Below are positions 1 through 8,619 of a stretch of DNA of 64,000 nt, piece by piece. The position numbers and the translations under genes were made by a program. The DNA lies in assembly GCA_040390065.1 (NCBI GenBank), contig JAZJZE010000009.1:314930-378929 (forward strand), written 5' to 3'. The DNA comes from a bacterium (GTDB lineage: Archaea > Thermoplasmatota > E2 > JACPAO01 > JAHFTW01). The stretch's first letter is position 1. Every line of letters begins with the position of its first letter. The notes beneath the pieces were generated by a model that saw only the letters and a list, made by a program, of their open reading frames with translations, was not told where the DNA came from and ran no database searches.

Positions 1-190
1 GCGCCTTCGGCATGCAAGGAACGTCGTCGCACTCGCTACGCTCGTTCGCTCCTCCAAGATCAGGGCCCCGAGCCTACGCCGACCGCCATCGCTTCGCTCG
101 GCGGGCGCAGGCATTCCTCGGCGCCGCGCTTCGCGCGCGCCTTCGGCATGCAAGGAACGTCGTCGCACTCGCTACGCTCGTTCGCTCCTC
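1..190. repeat. 54-bp direct repeat (1-54 and 137-190) within a REP-like hairpin-rich region 3' of tRNA-Pro
   Basis: GCGCCTTCGGCATGCAAGGAACGTCGTCGCACTCGCTACGCTCGTTCGCTCCTC occurs twice. The spacer contains CCATCGCTTCGCTCGGC, also found at ~14911. The first copy may extend past the window edge. Confidence 0.9.
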
Positions 191-202
191 CTTTTCCTTG
201 CA

Positions 203-275
203 TGGGGTTGCGCGGATTTGAACCGCGGTCTATAGGTCCCGAACCTACAAGTATACCAAGCTAGCCCACAACCCC
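203..275 (-). tRNA. tRNA-Pro (anticodon CGG), intronless, CCA not encoded
   Basis: Reverse complement folds as a cloverleaf: acceptor GGGGTTG/CAACCCC, anticodon arm GTAGG-TTCGGGA-CCTAT, T arm CGCGG-TTCAAAT-CCGCG. Confidence 0.95.
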
Positions 276-365
276 GGATTGTGCGGCGCCAGGACGGCGC
301 CACTCGGGCTCAGCGAACGCTCGAAACCGGGGTCGTATGTAAGCGCTTTGAAGCCAGGGACCGCA

Positions 366-1475
366 TCACCCGGCGCGCACGAGGATGTCATCGAGCCAGA
401 TGCCGCCGCCGTCGTAGCCGGCGCCGCACACCGTGAAGCCCAGAACGGGCACGGACGGGTTCACTGGCGGCTTCGTTTCGGTGCTGCAACTCGGGTCGGC
501 GTCGAAGCGGAACTCGATCTTCTGCGCGCCAGCCGGCAGTTTGGCCACTTTCAGCGTCCAGGCGGAAATGGTGCCGGACGTGTAGTTCAGCAGCGTCGCG
601 GCACCGCTTGCGGGCACGGAGTAAACGTGCAGGCCGTCGACGCCGTTGGATTCGGCGCCGCCCTTGACCCAGAAACTCAACGTCGCTCCCCCGGCCGGCA
701 CGGTGATGGACACGGTCGTGAGGCGGGTGCGGTAGTTGTCCGGGTACATGGACCACCAGGCCTTGGCCCCGCCGTGGAAGCTCGCGGTGTCCTGGCGCCA
801 CTTGGGCGTGTCCTGGCTCGGCGGGTTCTGCACCATGGGCGGTGGCGCCTGCTGCATCTCCTGGACGGTGGGCGTGCACTGGAGCGGGTCGACCGGTGCA
901 CCGCACGCCGGGTCGAGGATGAACACAAGCTCGTTGCTCGTGATGGTGAACTGGCTCGCGTCGGTCTCGGCGCCGTCGGAGAAGATGGGCGGAACCGGGG
1001 CGGCGGCTTTCGCGACGATGGTCATCGTGCCCGTCCCATCAGTGTAGCCGTCGGCCTTGACCGTCGCCGTTGCGGTGTACGTGCCCGGCGTCGTGAAGGA
1101 CACGGTTGCGGTCCCGGGCACGGCGTTCCCGGATGGCGGGGAGCCGACGGCCGGGTCGAGCTTGATGCTCCACGTCGCGGCGCTTGGAGGGTCGACTGGC
1201 TTGCCCGAGTTGTCCTTGAATTGGGCCGCGACGCGCATCGGAACCGAGAGGGGCACGGCGCCGTCGGCTACGGTCCTCGTGAAGTCGACGGCGATGGATC
1301 CCGGCCCGGTCGGGGGCGGCGGCGGGGGGGTCGTGGTCGGTGGGGGAGTCGTGGTCGGGGGGCGGGTCGTCGTGGGAGGCGAGGCACCGCCATCGTTTCC
1401 GGACGATTTGCCACCGCAACCGGCCAACAGGAGGCCGACGGTCAGCAGGCAAGCCAAGAGGGGCGCGTTGCGCAT
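366..1475 (-). CDS. Lipoprotein with Pro/Thr linker, PKD/Ig-like domain and C-terminal beta-sandwich
   Basis: Lipobox LLLAGC; PPTTT repeats; FTTPGTYTATATV PKD-like motif; C-terminal FRFDAD...GIWLDDI motif. Start set at MRNAP. Confidence 0.75.
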   Translation of the reverse strand: MRNAPLLACLLTVGLLLAGCGGKSSGNDGGASPPTTTRPPTTTPPPTTTPPPPPPTGPGSIAVDFTRTVADGAVPLSVPMRVAAQFKDNSGKPVDPPSAATWSIKLDPAVGSPPSGNAVPGTATVSFTTPGTYTATATVKADGYTDGTGTMTIVAKAAAPVPPIFSDGAETDASQFTITSNELVFILDPACGAPVDPLQCTPTVQEMQQAPPPMVQNPPSQDTPKWRQDTASFHGGAKAWWSMYPDNYRTRLTTVSITVPAGGATLSFWVKGGAESNGVDGLHVYSVPASGAATLLNYTSGTISAWTLKVAKLPAGAQKIEFRFDADPSCSTETKPPVNPSVPVLGFTVCGAGYDGGGIWLDDILVRAG

Positions 1476-1528
1476 GGGGTTAAGCACTCGGCGACGATAT
1501 TAGGGGAACGTGGTCGTCTCGCTGAAAC

Positions 1529-1680
1529 TTCCGCAGATGTTTCAGCGGTGGCGTGCGAGTGCCGCGCAGCGGCAGAGCACGTCGAGCCCGGTTCCGCAGA
1601 AGTTTCAGCGGTGGCGTGCGAGTGCCGCGAAGCGGCAGAGCACGTCGAGCCCCGTTGCGCAGAAGTTTCAGCGGTGGCGC
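1529..1680. repeat. 63-bp tandem repeat (~2.4 copies) with TGCCGC-GMA-GCGGCA hairpin
   Basis: Units start at 1529, 1592 and 1655. The third unit overlaps the stop codon of the 1668-2795 gene. Confidence 0.9.
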
Positions 1681-2795
1681 CGGGCGATGATTGCGCCGAC
1701 CAGGAGGACCACGAGGAGGGCCGCGACTTCGAGGTGCGGCACCACCAGCTGGCGGCTGGAGAGGTCGCCGGGGACGCCGGCTTCGTGGCTGCCTGCGTCG
1801 ACGGTCACGTCCACCGAGTACGTGGTGGGCAGCACGATGCGGCCGCCGGGGATGGAGTGCGCGCCTTCGAAGTGGTTGAGGAACTGGGCCTCGACGGTGA
1901 AGTTGTTGACGCCGCGCGACCAGCCCTTGGAGTTGGCGTCGGTCTTCCAGTCGCCGGGGCGTTCGCCGTCGGCGTCCATGGCGACGACATTGCCGTTTGC
2001 CAGGTGGAGTCCCACTGTCCGCAGGCAGGGGTGCCGGCCGTAGTTGGCGCCGTCGCACGGGGGGAAGGCGCCCACGTGGACGCGGATGCTGGAGGTCGCG
2101 CTGAGGACGGCTGGCTGCGGCAGTTCGATGCGGAAGTCGCCGCCAGGCGTTGTGACGTTGAAGTGGACCTTCGTCGTCGTCGTGTGGCCGTGGCCGTCCG
2201 TTGCGATGCCTGCGGCGATGTAGTGGCCGTTGGGCAGCGTCACGTTCGTCCATTGGACACCGCCGGATCCGCCGCTGACGGGCGCCGCGATGAGATTGGA
2301 GTCCCCCGCCCGGGTGATCTCGAGGTGGTGCTCCGCGACGCGGTCGTTGTCGATGGCCAGCATGGATAGGCTGACCGTGCCGTTCGTGAGCTGGATGGGT
2401 GGGTCGGCCCCGAGGATGACCTGCGGCCCGGCGAAGTCGGAGATGGGCGGGTTGATGGCCACCATGAAGAAGGCGAGCCAGGTGAAGAAGAACATGAAGC
2501 CCGTGCCCGTCCATTCGCGGCGCTTGAAGTGCGAGATGTCGGCGCCGAACTTGGGGAACAGCCACTTGAGGGCGAAGCCGGAGACGGCGCAGATGATGAG
2601 CCCGAGCAGCCAGCCGGTGTTGGCGTCGCCGCCGCGCATCGAGTAGGCGGCCCAGCTGACCGCCGCCGCGACGATGCCCCAGACGAACAGGATGGACGTC
2701 GTCTTGAAGGACACCATCTCGCGGTGGATGAATTGGTCCTCGTCGAAGTCGGGCAACTTGAACTCGTACTCGCCCGCTGGTTCGTCCTTGGCCAC
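1668..2795 (-). CDS. Membrane protein: 3 N-terminal TM helices, extracellular Ig-like region, C-terminal TM anchor with basic tail
   Basis: Hydrophobic helices after YEFKLPDFDEDQFIHREM; C-terminus VPHLEVAALLVVLLVGAIIARRHR. GTG at 2795 lies ~23 nt from the TATA box. Confidence 0.75.
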   Translation of the reverse strand: MAKDEPAGEYEFKLPDFDEDQFIHREMVSFKTTSILFVWGIVAAAVSWAAYSMRGGDANTGWLLGLIICAVSGFALKWLFPKFGADISHFKRREWTGTGFMFFFTWLAFFMVAINPPISDFAGPQVILGADPPIQLTNGTVSLSMLAIDNDRVAEHHLEITRAGDSNLIAAPVSGGSGGVQWTNVTLPNGHYIAAGIATDGHGHTTTTKVHFNVTTPGGDFRIELPQPAVLSATSSIRVHVGAFPPCDGANYGRHPCLRTVGLHLANGNVVAMDADGERPGDWKTDANSKGWSRGVNNFTVEAQFLNHFEGAHSIPGGRIVLPTTYSVDVTVDAGSHEAGVPGDLSSRQLVVPHLEVAALLVVLLVGAIIARRHR

Positions 2796-2817
2796 GGACG
2801 CGGCGACGGAAGGTCCA

Positions 2818-2826
2818 TTTAAAAAA
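2818..2826. promoter_or_regulatory. Shared archaeal TATA box between divergent genes
   Basis: TTTAAAAAA is the only AT tract between starts at 2795(-) and 2857(+). Confidence 0.65.
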
Positions 2827-2856
2827 GGCGGGGCGCCGTGAACCGGCTTGCCCAGC

Positions 2857-4929
2857 ATGAAGAGCGGCATGACGAACGTCGACGTGGCAGCCCTGGCGGC
2901 CGAGCTGGCGCCACGCGTCGTCGGCGCCCGCCTGGACCGCGCCTACCAGCCGGCCAAGGAGCAGATCCTCCTCCGCCTGCGCCGCAAGGGCACGGGCCGG
3001 GTGGACCTCCTGTTCGAACTCGGCAAGTTCCTCACCGCCACGACGCGGCCGCCGGACAACCCGGACAAGCCCAGCATGGTGGCGCAGATCCTGCGCACGG
3101 AACTCGAGAACAGCCGCGTCATCGGCTTCGCCCAGATCGGCTTCGACCGCTTGGTGCGCATGGACCTCGAGCGCGGCGACGGCAAGCGCGCCCTCGTCTT
3201 CGAGCTGTTCGGGGATGGCAACCTGCTGCTCCTCGATGCGGCGGGCGTCATCACGCTGCCCATGAAGGGCGGCGACTTCGGCTCCCGGCGACTGCGCAAA
3301 GGCGAGACGTACGCCCCTCCGCCCGGCGCCTCGCTTCCCTTCGGGCTGCCCTTGGCGGAACTCCGGCAGGCCGCGACCGGCAAACGGGACGTCGTGCGCT
3401 TCCTGGCCCTTGACCTCGGATTCGGGCCGCTGTGGGGCGAGGAGTTGTGCCTGCGCTCCGGGGTCGCCAAGAACCAGGCCGTCGCGGATACGAGCGACGC
3501 CCAATGGACGGCCCTCCACGAGGCCATCGCCCGCCTCGGCAACGACATCCAACGCCGCGACCTCGCTCCGGCGCTCGTGCACGAAGTCAAGGCGGAAGGC
3601 CCGGAACTGGTCGATGCCGTGCCATTCCCGATGTTGCGCTATCCCTCCCCGGCGTACAGTCTCGAGGAGGCCCCGACCTTCCATGAGGCCTTGGAATCCA
3701 TCTTCGTTGGCGGCTCCTCGTCGGCGTCCGAGGACGAAGTCGACGACCCACGGACGGCGCGCTTCGAGGAGGCGAAGGCGAAGATCATGCGTCAAGTGGA
3801 CCAAGTCGCAAAGGCCATGGACGCCTTTCGCGCCGAGGAGGCCGAAGCGCGCGCGGACGGCGAAGCGCTGTACGCGGCCTTCCCGCAGGTCCAAGGCATC
3901 CTCGACGCCCTGCAGAAGGCGCGGGAGGACCGTTCGTGGGCCGCCGTTGCCGACACGCTCTCTCAGGGCCGGGCAGAACGCAACCCGTTCGCGCTGCAGG
4001 TCCCCGAGCTTCGGCCGCACGACGGGACGGCCGTCATCGCCGTCAAGGCCTTGGACGGCTCGGTGCGCAACGTGGCCGTCGACCTGCGTCGCAGCGTGCA
4101 GGAGAATGCCGATTCGTGCTTTGCCGCCGCCAAGCGCGCACGCGCCCGCCGCGACGGGGCCGAGCACGCCGCGAAAGACGCCCAGCAGAAACTGCGCGAC
4201 CTTGCCGCCAAGGGACTGGATGCATTCGGGGCCGCGTCGCAGCGCGCCGAGCGCGTCAGCCGCCACTTCTGGTTCGAGTCGTACCGCTGGACCCTGACAC
4301 CCTCAGGCCTCGTCGCGGTCGGGGGGCGCAACGCGGCGCAGAACGATGCCGTCGTGAAGAAGTACCTGCGTGACGGCGACCGCTACGTGCACGCCGAGAT
4401 CCACGGCGCGCCCAGCATCGTCGTGCGCCCGGCCGAAGGTGTGGCCAAGGACATCTCCAACGACGACTTGCGCGCCGCGTGCCAATTCGCCGTTTGCGCA
4501 AGCCGCGCCTGGCGCCAACTCGGGCCGGCGACGGCGTACTGGGTCAACGCCAACCAGGTATCCAAGACGCCGGCGAGTGGCGAATACGTGCCGCGCGGCG
4601 CCTGGATGGTGCATGGCAAGCGCAACGTCGAACCGGGCCTTCCCATGGATTGGTGGATCGCCAAGGTTGTGCTGCGCCCCGACGGCACGCCGCTGCGCCG
4701 GGACGAAGCGCCCGGGCCGCGCGTCTTCGACAAACTCGTGGGCGGGCCCCGCGCCGCGCTTGCGCCGTTTGCCAAACGCATGCTGCACGTCGTCCCGGGC
4801 CCGGTCGAGCCGAGCGATGCGGCCCAAGACCTCGTCGAGCGCTTCGGCGTGACCAACGAGGAGGCCGCTGCCGTCCTTCCGGCCGGTCCGGTCGCGTTCC
4901 TGGACGAGGTCGAAGGGGGCTCCCCGTGA
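2857..4929 (+). CDS. rqcH: Ribosome quality-control factor Rqc2/NEMF (NFACT family)
   Basis: MKSGMTNVDV start; FDR and ELFGDGN NFACT-N motifs; coiled coil; WFESYRW, GGRNAAQND, HAEIHGAP and QVSKTPASGEYVPRGAW NFACT-R motifs. Confidence 0.92.
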   Translation: MKSGMTNVDVAALAAELAPRVVGARLDRAYQPAKEQILLRLRRKGTGRVDLLFELGKFLTATTRPPDNPDKPSMVAQILRTELENSRVIGFAQIGFDRLVRMDLERGDGKRALVFELFGDGNLLLLDAAGVITLPMKGGDFGSRRLRKGETYAPPPGASLPFGLPLAELRQAATGKRDVVRFLALDLGFGPLWGEELCLRSGVAKNQAVADTSDAQWTALHEAIARLGNDIQRRDLAPALVHEVKAEGPELVDAVPFPMLRYPSPAYSLEEAPTFHEALESIFVGGSSSASEDEVDDPRTARFEEAKAKIMRQVDQVAKAMDAFRAEEAEARADGEALYAAFPQVQGILDALQKAREDRSWAAVADTLSQGRAERNPFALQVPELRPHDGTAVIAVKALDGSVRNVAVDLRRSVQENADSCFAAAKRARARRDGAEHAAKDAQQKLRDLAAKGLDAFGAASQRAERVSRHFWFESYRWTLTPSGLVAVGGRNAAQNDAVVKKYLRDGDRYVHAEIHGAPSIVVRPAEGVAKDISNDDLRAACQFAVCASRAWRQLGPATAYWVNANQVSKTPASGEYVPRGAWMVHGKRNVEPGLPMDWWIAKVVLRPDGTPLRRDEAPGPRVFDKLVGGPRAALAPFAKRMLHVVPGPVEPSDAAQDLVERFGVTNEEAAAVLPAGPVAFLDEVEGGSP

Positions 4930-5972
4930 GGCTGCTCAAGAAGGACGTCGCGGAGGGCTTCCTGCACCTGCGCCTCGACACGCTCGACGACTTGTGGACC
5001 CTGCGCAACCTCGTGCAGGACGGTGACCGCGTGACGGCCGACACCGTGCGCACGGCGGAGGCGACCGGCGACAAGCTGCGTGACGGCAAGATGGAGAAGC
5101 GGCCCGTGCGCCTTGGCGTGCGCGCGACGAGCGTCGAGTGGCACGACTTCGACGACCACCTGCGCGTCCTAGGCCCCATCGAGACGGGCACTGACATTGG
5201 GCGGCACCACACGCTGGCGCTGCGCCCCGGCGACGAGGTGATGGTGCAGAAGCGCCATGCCTTGGCGGGATGGCAGTTGCGTCTCGTCGACGAAGCCGTG
5301 GCCGCAACGCAACGCCCCCAAGTCCTCCTGCTGGCCATCGACGACTCGGAGGCCCAGTTTGCCCTCCTCAAGTCCTATGGCCTGCAGCTTCTCGGCAGCC
5401 TGCCGTCGGCCGGGCAGGGCAAGCGCCACCCCGGCGCGGCTGCGGCCAAGCTTGCCTTCTACCAGGAAGCTGCGCGCAGCCTCAAGCTCTTCCGCGTCCC
5501 ACCGGACATCCCCTTCGTCATCGTGGGACCCGGCTGGTGGCGCGACGAGTTCGTCGCCTTCGTGAAGGACAAGGAACCGGCACTTGCGCAGGGCGCCATC
5601 AGCGAAGGCACGTCGCAGGGCGGCCGGGCGGGCCTGCAGGAGGCCATCCGGCGCGGCGTCGTCGAACGCGTCGCCGCGGGCCACCGGGTGCAGCGCGAAG
5701 CGGAACTCGTCGACGAGATGCTTGCGCGCATCGCCAAGGGCGACGGCGCCGTCGCGTACGGGCCGGCGGAGGTCGAAGCCGCAGTCGCAGCCGGCGCCGT
5801 CGACGACCTCATCGTGTCCGACATGCAGGTCCGCAGCGGCAAATGGGTCGACCTCATGCGCCGCGCTGAATCGGAACGCGCCCGCATCCACGTCATCGCG
5901 ACGAGCCACGAGTCAGGCTCGCGGCTGCAGCAGATGGGCGGACTTGCCGCGCTTCTGCGGTTTGCCCCTTAG
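4926..5972 (+). CDS. pelA: mRNA surveillance protein pelota
   Basis: TLDDLWTLRNLV..GD, LRVLGPI, GRHHTL, YGPAEV, LQQMGGLAALLRF; GTGA overlap with the rqcH stop. Confidence 0.93.
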   Translation: MRLLKKDVAEGFLHLRLDTLDDLWTLRNLVQDGDRVTADTVRTAEATGDKLRDGKMEKRPVRLGVRATSVEWHDFDDHLRVLGPIETGTDIGRHHTLALRPGDEVMVQKRHALAGWQLRLVDEAVAATQRPQVLLLAIDDSEAQFALLKSYGLQLLGSLPSAGQGKRHPGAAAAKLAFYQEAARSLKLFRVPPDIPFVIVGPGWWRDEFVAFVKDKEPALAQGAISEGTSQGGRAGLQEAIRRGVVERVAAGHRVQREAELVDEMLARIAKGDGAVAYGPAEVEAAVAAGAVDDLIVSDMQVRSGKWVDLMRRAESERARIHVIATSHESGSRLQQMGGLAALLRFAP

Positions 5973-6631
5973 ACCGTCGCCACGTGCGGCTTGGCCGCGC
6001 CGTAGGACAGGATGAACACGGCGTTGAACGAGGTCGCCTGCGTCGGCACCGCGCTGGCCTCGGTCACGGTGAAGGTTGCGTTGCCCGACATGAAGCCCTT
6101 CTCGGATGAAAACGACCAACTCGCGGCCATCGAGCCGGGCGCCATCATCGCCGGCGCTCCCGTCGTCGTGTCGTCTGGGCCCGCGCCCTTCAGCACGCCC
6201 TGGAGAGCCGGATTGGAGGCCGGCGCCGGGGTCGCGGTCGTGTAGTTGAGGAAGCCACGGATGCCGGAGTTGCCGTGGCCGATCATGACTTGGAGCATGG
6301 CCGTGGACGTGGTCGCCGGCGGAGTGGCACCAATCACCGAGCCGGACTTGACGACGTGCACGACGAGGTCGCCGGTCTGGTTTGCGTCGGGTCCGCCGAA
6401 ATTGTCCATGTCGGCGTCGAGGTAGTTGGCGATGCCGTCGCCGTCGAGGTCGTCCGTCGCGTTGAGCGTCCTGTAGGCCGCGTTGAAGGCTGCGAGCTTC
6501 GCGGTTTCCGACGTGCCGCCTCCCGGGGCGGCCGCCGGGGCATTGTTGTACTCGTAGACGAAGACGCCGACCATCACAAGGGCGAGCACGACGGCGCCTG
6601 CGACGCCGACCACCGTATCAGTTGCAACCAT
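5969..6631 (-). CDS. Membrane-anchored hypothetical protein with DxDGDG Ca-binding-like motif
   Basis: N-terminal TM helix; DDLDGDGIANYLDADMD; typical codon usage. Confidence 0.7.
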   Translation of the reverse strand: MVATDTVVGVAGAVVLALVMVGVFVYEYNNAPAAAPGGGTSETAKLAAFNAAYRTLNATDDLDGDGIANYLDADMDNFGGPDANQTGDLVVHVVKSGSVIGATPPATTSTAMLQVMIGHGNSGIRGFLNYTTATPAPASNPALQGVLKGAGPDDTTTGAPAMMAPGSMAASWSFSSEKGFMSGNATFTVTEASAVPTQATSFNAVFILSYGAAKPHVATV

Positions 6632-7496
6632 CCGGGAAACACTCCGCATTGACAACAAAGCGGGTGTAGGAGAAAACCCCGACGGTGAAGCTGTTGCCGG
6701 TGTCCTCCTTGCCGGCGTTGCCGGCTGTGCCGTGCGCCTGCGCGTCCTGTTGGCAGGCAGAGATGCGCTTGAGGTCGTCGTCCGTCGGGGGCGACGGCGG
6801 CACGGTCGGTGGCGGGACGGAGGGGCAATCCCCGGCGGAGTCGAGGGTCACGTGCACCTTCCACGTCCCCTTCGTCAACAGGTGGTTCTTCTTCTCCAGC
6901 GCCTGCACCACGTCCGAGGCCGTTGCGCCCTGGATGGCCTTGACGATGGCGTCCTGCGGTTTGGGCGTCATGGTGACGCTATGGAAGCCCGATGCCGGCG
7001 TCGACTCGTATTCGGTATTGGACCCGGCCTTGAGTTGCGCCAACCCGTTGACCAGGATGCCACCGCGGGTTTCGGCCGGCTCACCGTCGGGGCGACGGAT
7101 CTCGTAGCGGAACTTGTCCGGCAGGCTGGCCTTGAGGTCGTCGGTGAAATTCACCATGAGGTCGACTTGGTACACGTCGTCCTCAGTCACCTCGAAGGAG
7201 AAATCGTAGTTCTGCTCCGTCTCGCTCAGGCGGTGCGACTGGGCGGTGAGGTTCGTCGTGGCGGTCGTGAAACTGACCTTGAACTGGTTGGGCGGGTAAT
7301 CCGTCTTCGGAAGAGCGTCGACGAGGACGACGGCGCCGACGATGAGCATGACGCCGACGAGGCCGGTCGCGATGTCGACCAGGAGGCCCTTGCGGCGCGA
7401 CGGACCGGCCCGCAGCACGACCGTCGGCTTCGGCGCCGAGGCGGCGGGGCTGGCCGGCGCACTTTGCGGGCGTTCCGGAGCCTTGACGCGGGCCAC
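6618..7496 (-). CDS. Membrane-anchored hypothetical extracellular protein
   Basis: Single N-terminal TM helix; overlaps the next gene; TTTAAA ~24 nt upstream. Confidence 0.75.
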   Translation of the reverse strand: MARVKAPERPQSAPASPAASAPKPTVVLRAGPSRRKGLLVDIATGLVGVMLIVGAVVLVDALPKTDYPPNQFKVSFTTATTNLTAQSHRLSETEQNYDFSFEVTEDDVYQVDLMVNFTDDLKASLPDKFRYEIRRPDGEPAETRGGILVNGLAQLKAGSNTEYESTPASGFHSVTMTPKPQDAIVKAIQGATASDVVQALEKKNHLLTKGTWKVHVTLDSAGDCPSVPPPTVPPSPPTDDDLKRISACQQDAQAHGTAGNAGKEDTGNSFTVGVFSYTRFVVNAECFPDGCN

Positions 7497-7519
7497 GGCT
7501 GCAAACGACCCGCTCCGGG

Positions 7520-7525
7520 TTTAAA
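7520..7525 (-). promoter_or_regulatory. TATA box for the 7496 operon (probably leaderless)
   Basis: TTTAAA ~24 nt upstream of the GTG start. Confidence 0.55.
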
Positions 7526-7570
7526 GCGTCTGTGAACAGCGAGTGGAAACGACACCCGGTCGCGACCGGC

Positions 7571-8509
7571 TTAGCCGACGCGGCGCACCCGGTATTGCCT
7601 GTTGCCGCTGCGGCCCACGGCCTCGACTGCGAACTCTGGAAGGCGGGCAAAGACGCGACTCAGGCTGGTGCGGCCCCCGAGGCCGTACTTGGCCGGCGTG
7701 AAGGCCGGGTCGACGCTGCGGGCAAGCTGCCCGAGGCGATCGACGGCGACCCACCCTGCCGCGTCGACTTCACCGTCGGTGCGCGCGACCTCGTACGCGT
7801 CGAGAAGCAGACTGCGCAGCGCCGGCAGGACCGCTCCGTCCGTGGTGCGCCCCGGGCGCTCTTGCGGGCGGCTTGCCGCACTGCGCGTCGGCCTGGGCGC
7901 GGGCGCCGGTTTGGGGCGTCCCTGCGGGCGGCCACCGCGCGGCGGCGCCGTGTGCGGCGTCGGGCGCGGGGCGGGATGGGCTGGGGCGCGCGGCGCCTGG
8001 CGCGCATGCGTGGCAGGCGCCCGCGGCGGCGTTCGGCTCTGACGCGGGGCGCGCGGCGACGCCGGCGTGTGACGGCCACCCGGCATCAACGACTTCCAGT
8101 CCAGGTACAAGTCGGAGATTTCGGAAAGGAGTCCGCCGTCCATCTTGTGGCCGACGATGGTGACGTGGGCGCCGCCGCGGCGCAGGCGCTCGACGAGCGA
8201 GGCGAAGTCGGTGTCTCCGGAGGCGATGCAGAAGCGGCGGACCCCCGCATGCAGGAGGTCCATGGCGGCGACGGCGACGGCGATGTCGGAACCGTTCTTG
8301 CCCTCCGTCGTCTTGTAGCGATCGACGCGTTCGAAGGCGAGGCGCTTGGACTGCTCGTCCCAGTTCTTGGAGTCCTTGGTGCTGCGCCAGTTGCGGAAGA
8401 TCTGCCGGTGCGGGACGGGGCCGTCCTTGAGCATGTGGTCGAGGAGCACCGGCAGAGTCTCCGGGGGCACGTTGTCGCCGTCGACGATGAGGGCTCCTTC
8501 CTGGGGCAC
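7571..8509 (-). CDS. NYN (LabA/DUF88 PIN-like) RNase domain protein with C-terminal OST-HTH/LOTUS-like domain
   Basis: LIVDGDNV, GKNGSDIAVAVAAMDLL, IASGDTDFASLVERLR; Pro/Arg-rich linker; GWV..LGQ...DPAFTPAKYG LOTUS-like motif. Confidence 0.85.
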   Translation of the reverse strand: MPQEGALIVDGDNVPPETLPVLLDHMLKDGPVPHRQIFRNWRSTKDSKNWDEQSKRLAFERVDRYKTTEGKNGSDIAVAVAAMDLLHAGVRRFCIASGDTDFASLVERLRRGGAHVTIVGHKMDGGLLSEISDLYLDWKSLMPGGRHTPASPRAPRQSRTPPRAPATHARQAPRAPAHPAPRPTPHTAPPRGGRPQGRPKPAPAPRPTRSAASRPQERPGRTTDGAVLPALRSLLLDAYEVARTDGEVDAAGWVAVDRLGQLARSVDPAFTPAKYGLGGRTSLSRVFARLPEFAVEAVGRSGNRQYRVRRVG

Positions 8510-8619
8510 GCTGCCTGGGATGGCGGCGGCGGATAAGGACGGGCGGTTCCGCTGCGACGCGCCGCAGGTCAAGCCGGGGTTCCATAACGCTCAAACCCTC
8601 CAGGGACTCGCCGGACGCT

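Noticed and set aside
203-275. Integrated element at tRNA-Pro
   Set aside because: No integrase and no second copy of the tRNA 3' end in the window; any element would lie left of position 1.
1529-1680. CRISPR array
   Set aside because: The would-be spacers are near-identical, so this is a tandem repeat; no cas genes are in the window.
279-4266. Long ORFs 279-2369(+) and 1480-4266(-), and similar ones such as 24162-27005(-) and 47321-49234(+)
   Set aside because: Antisense or off-frame shadows of real genes, expected at this GC content; no motifs.
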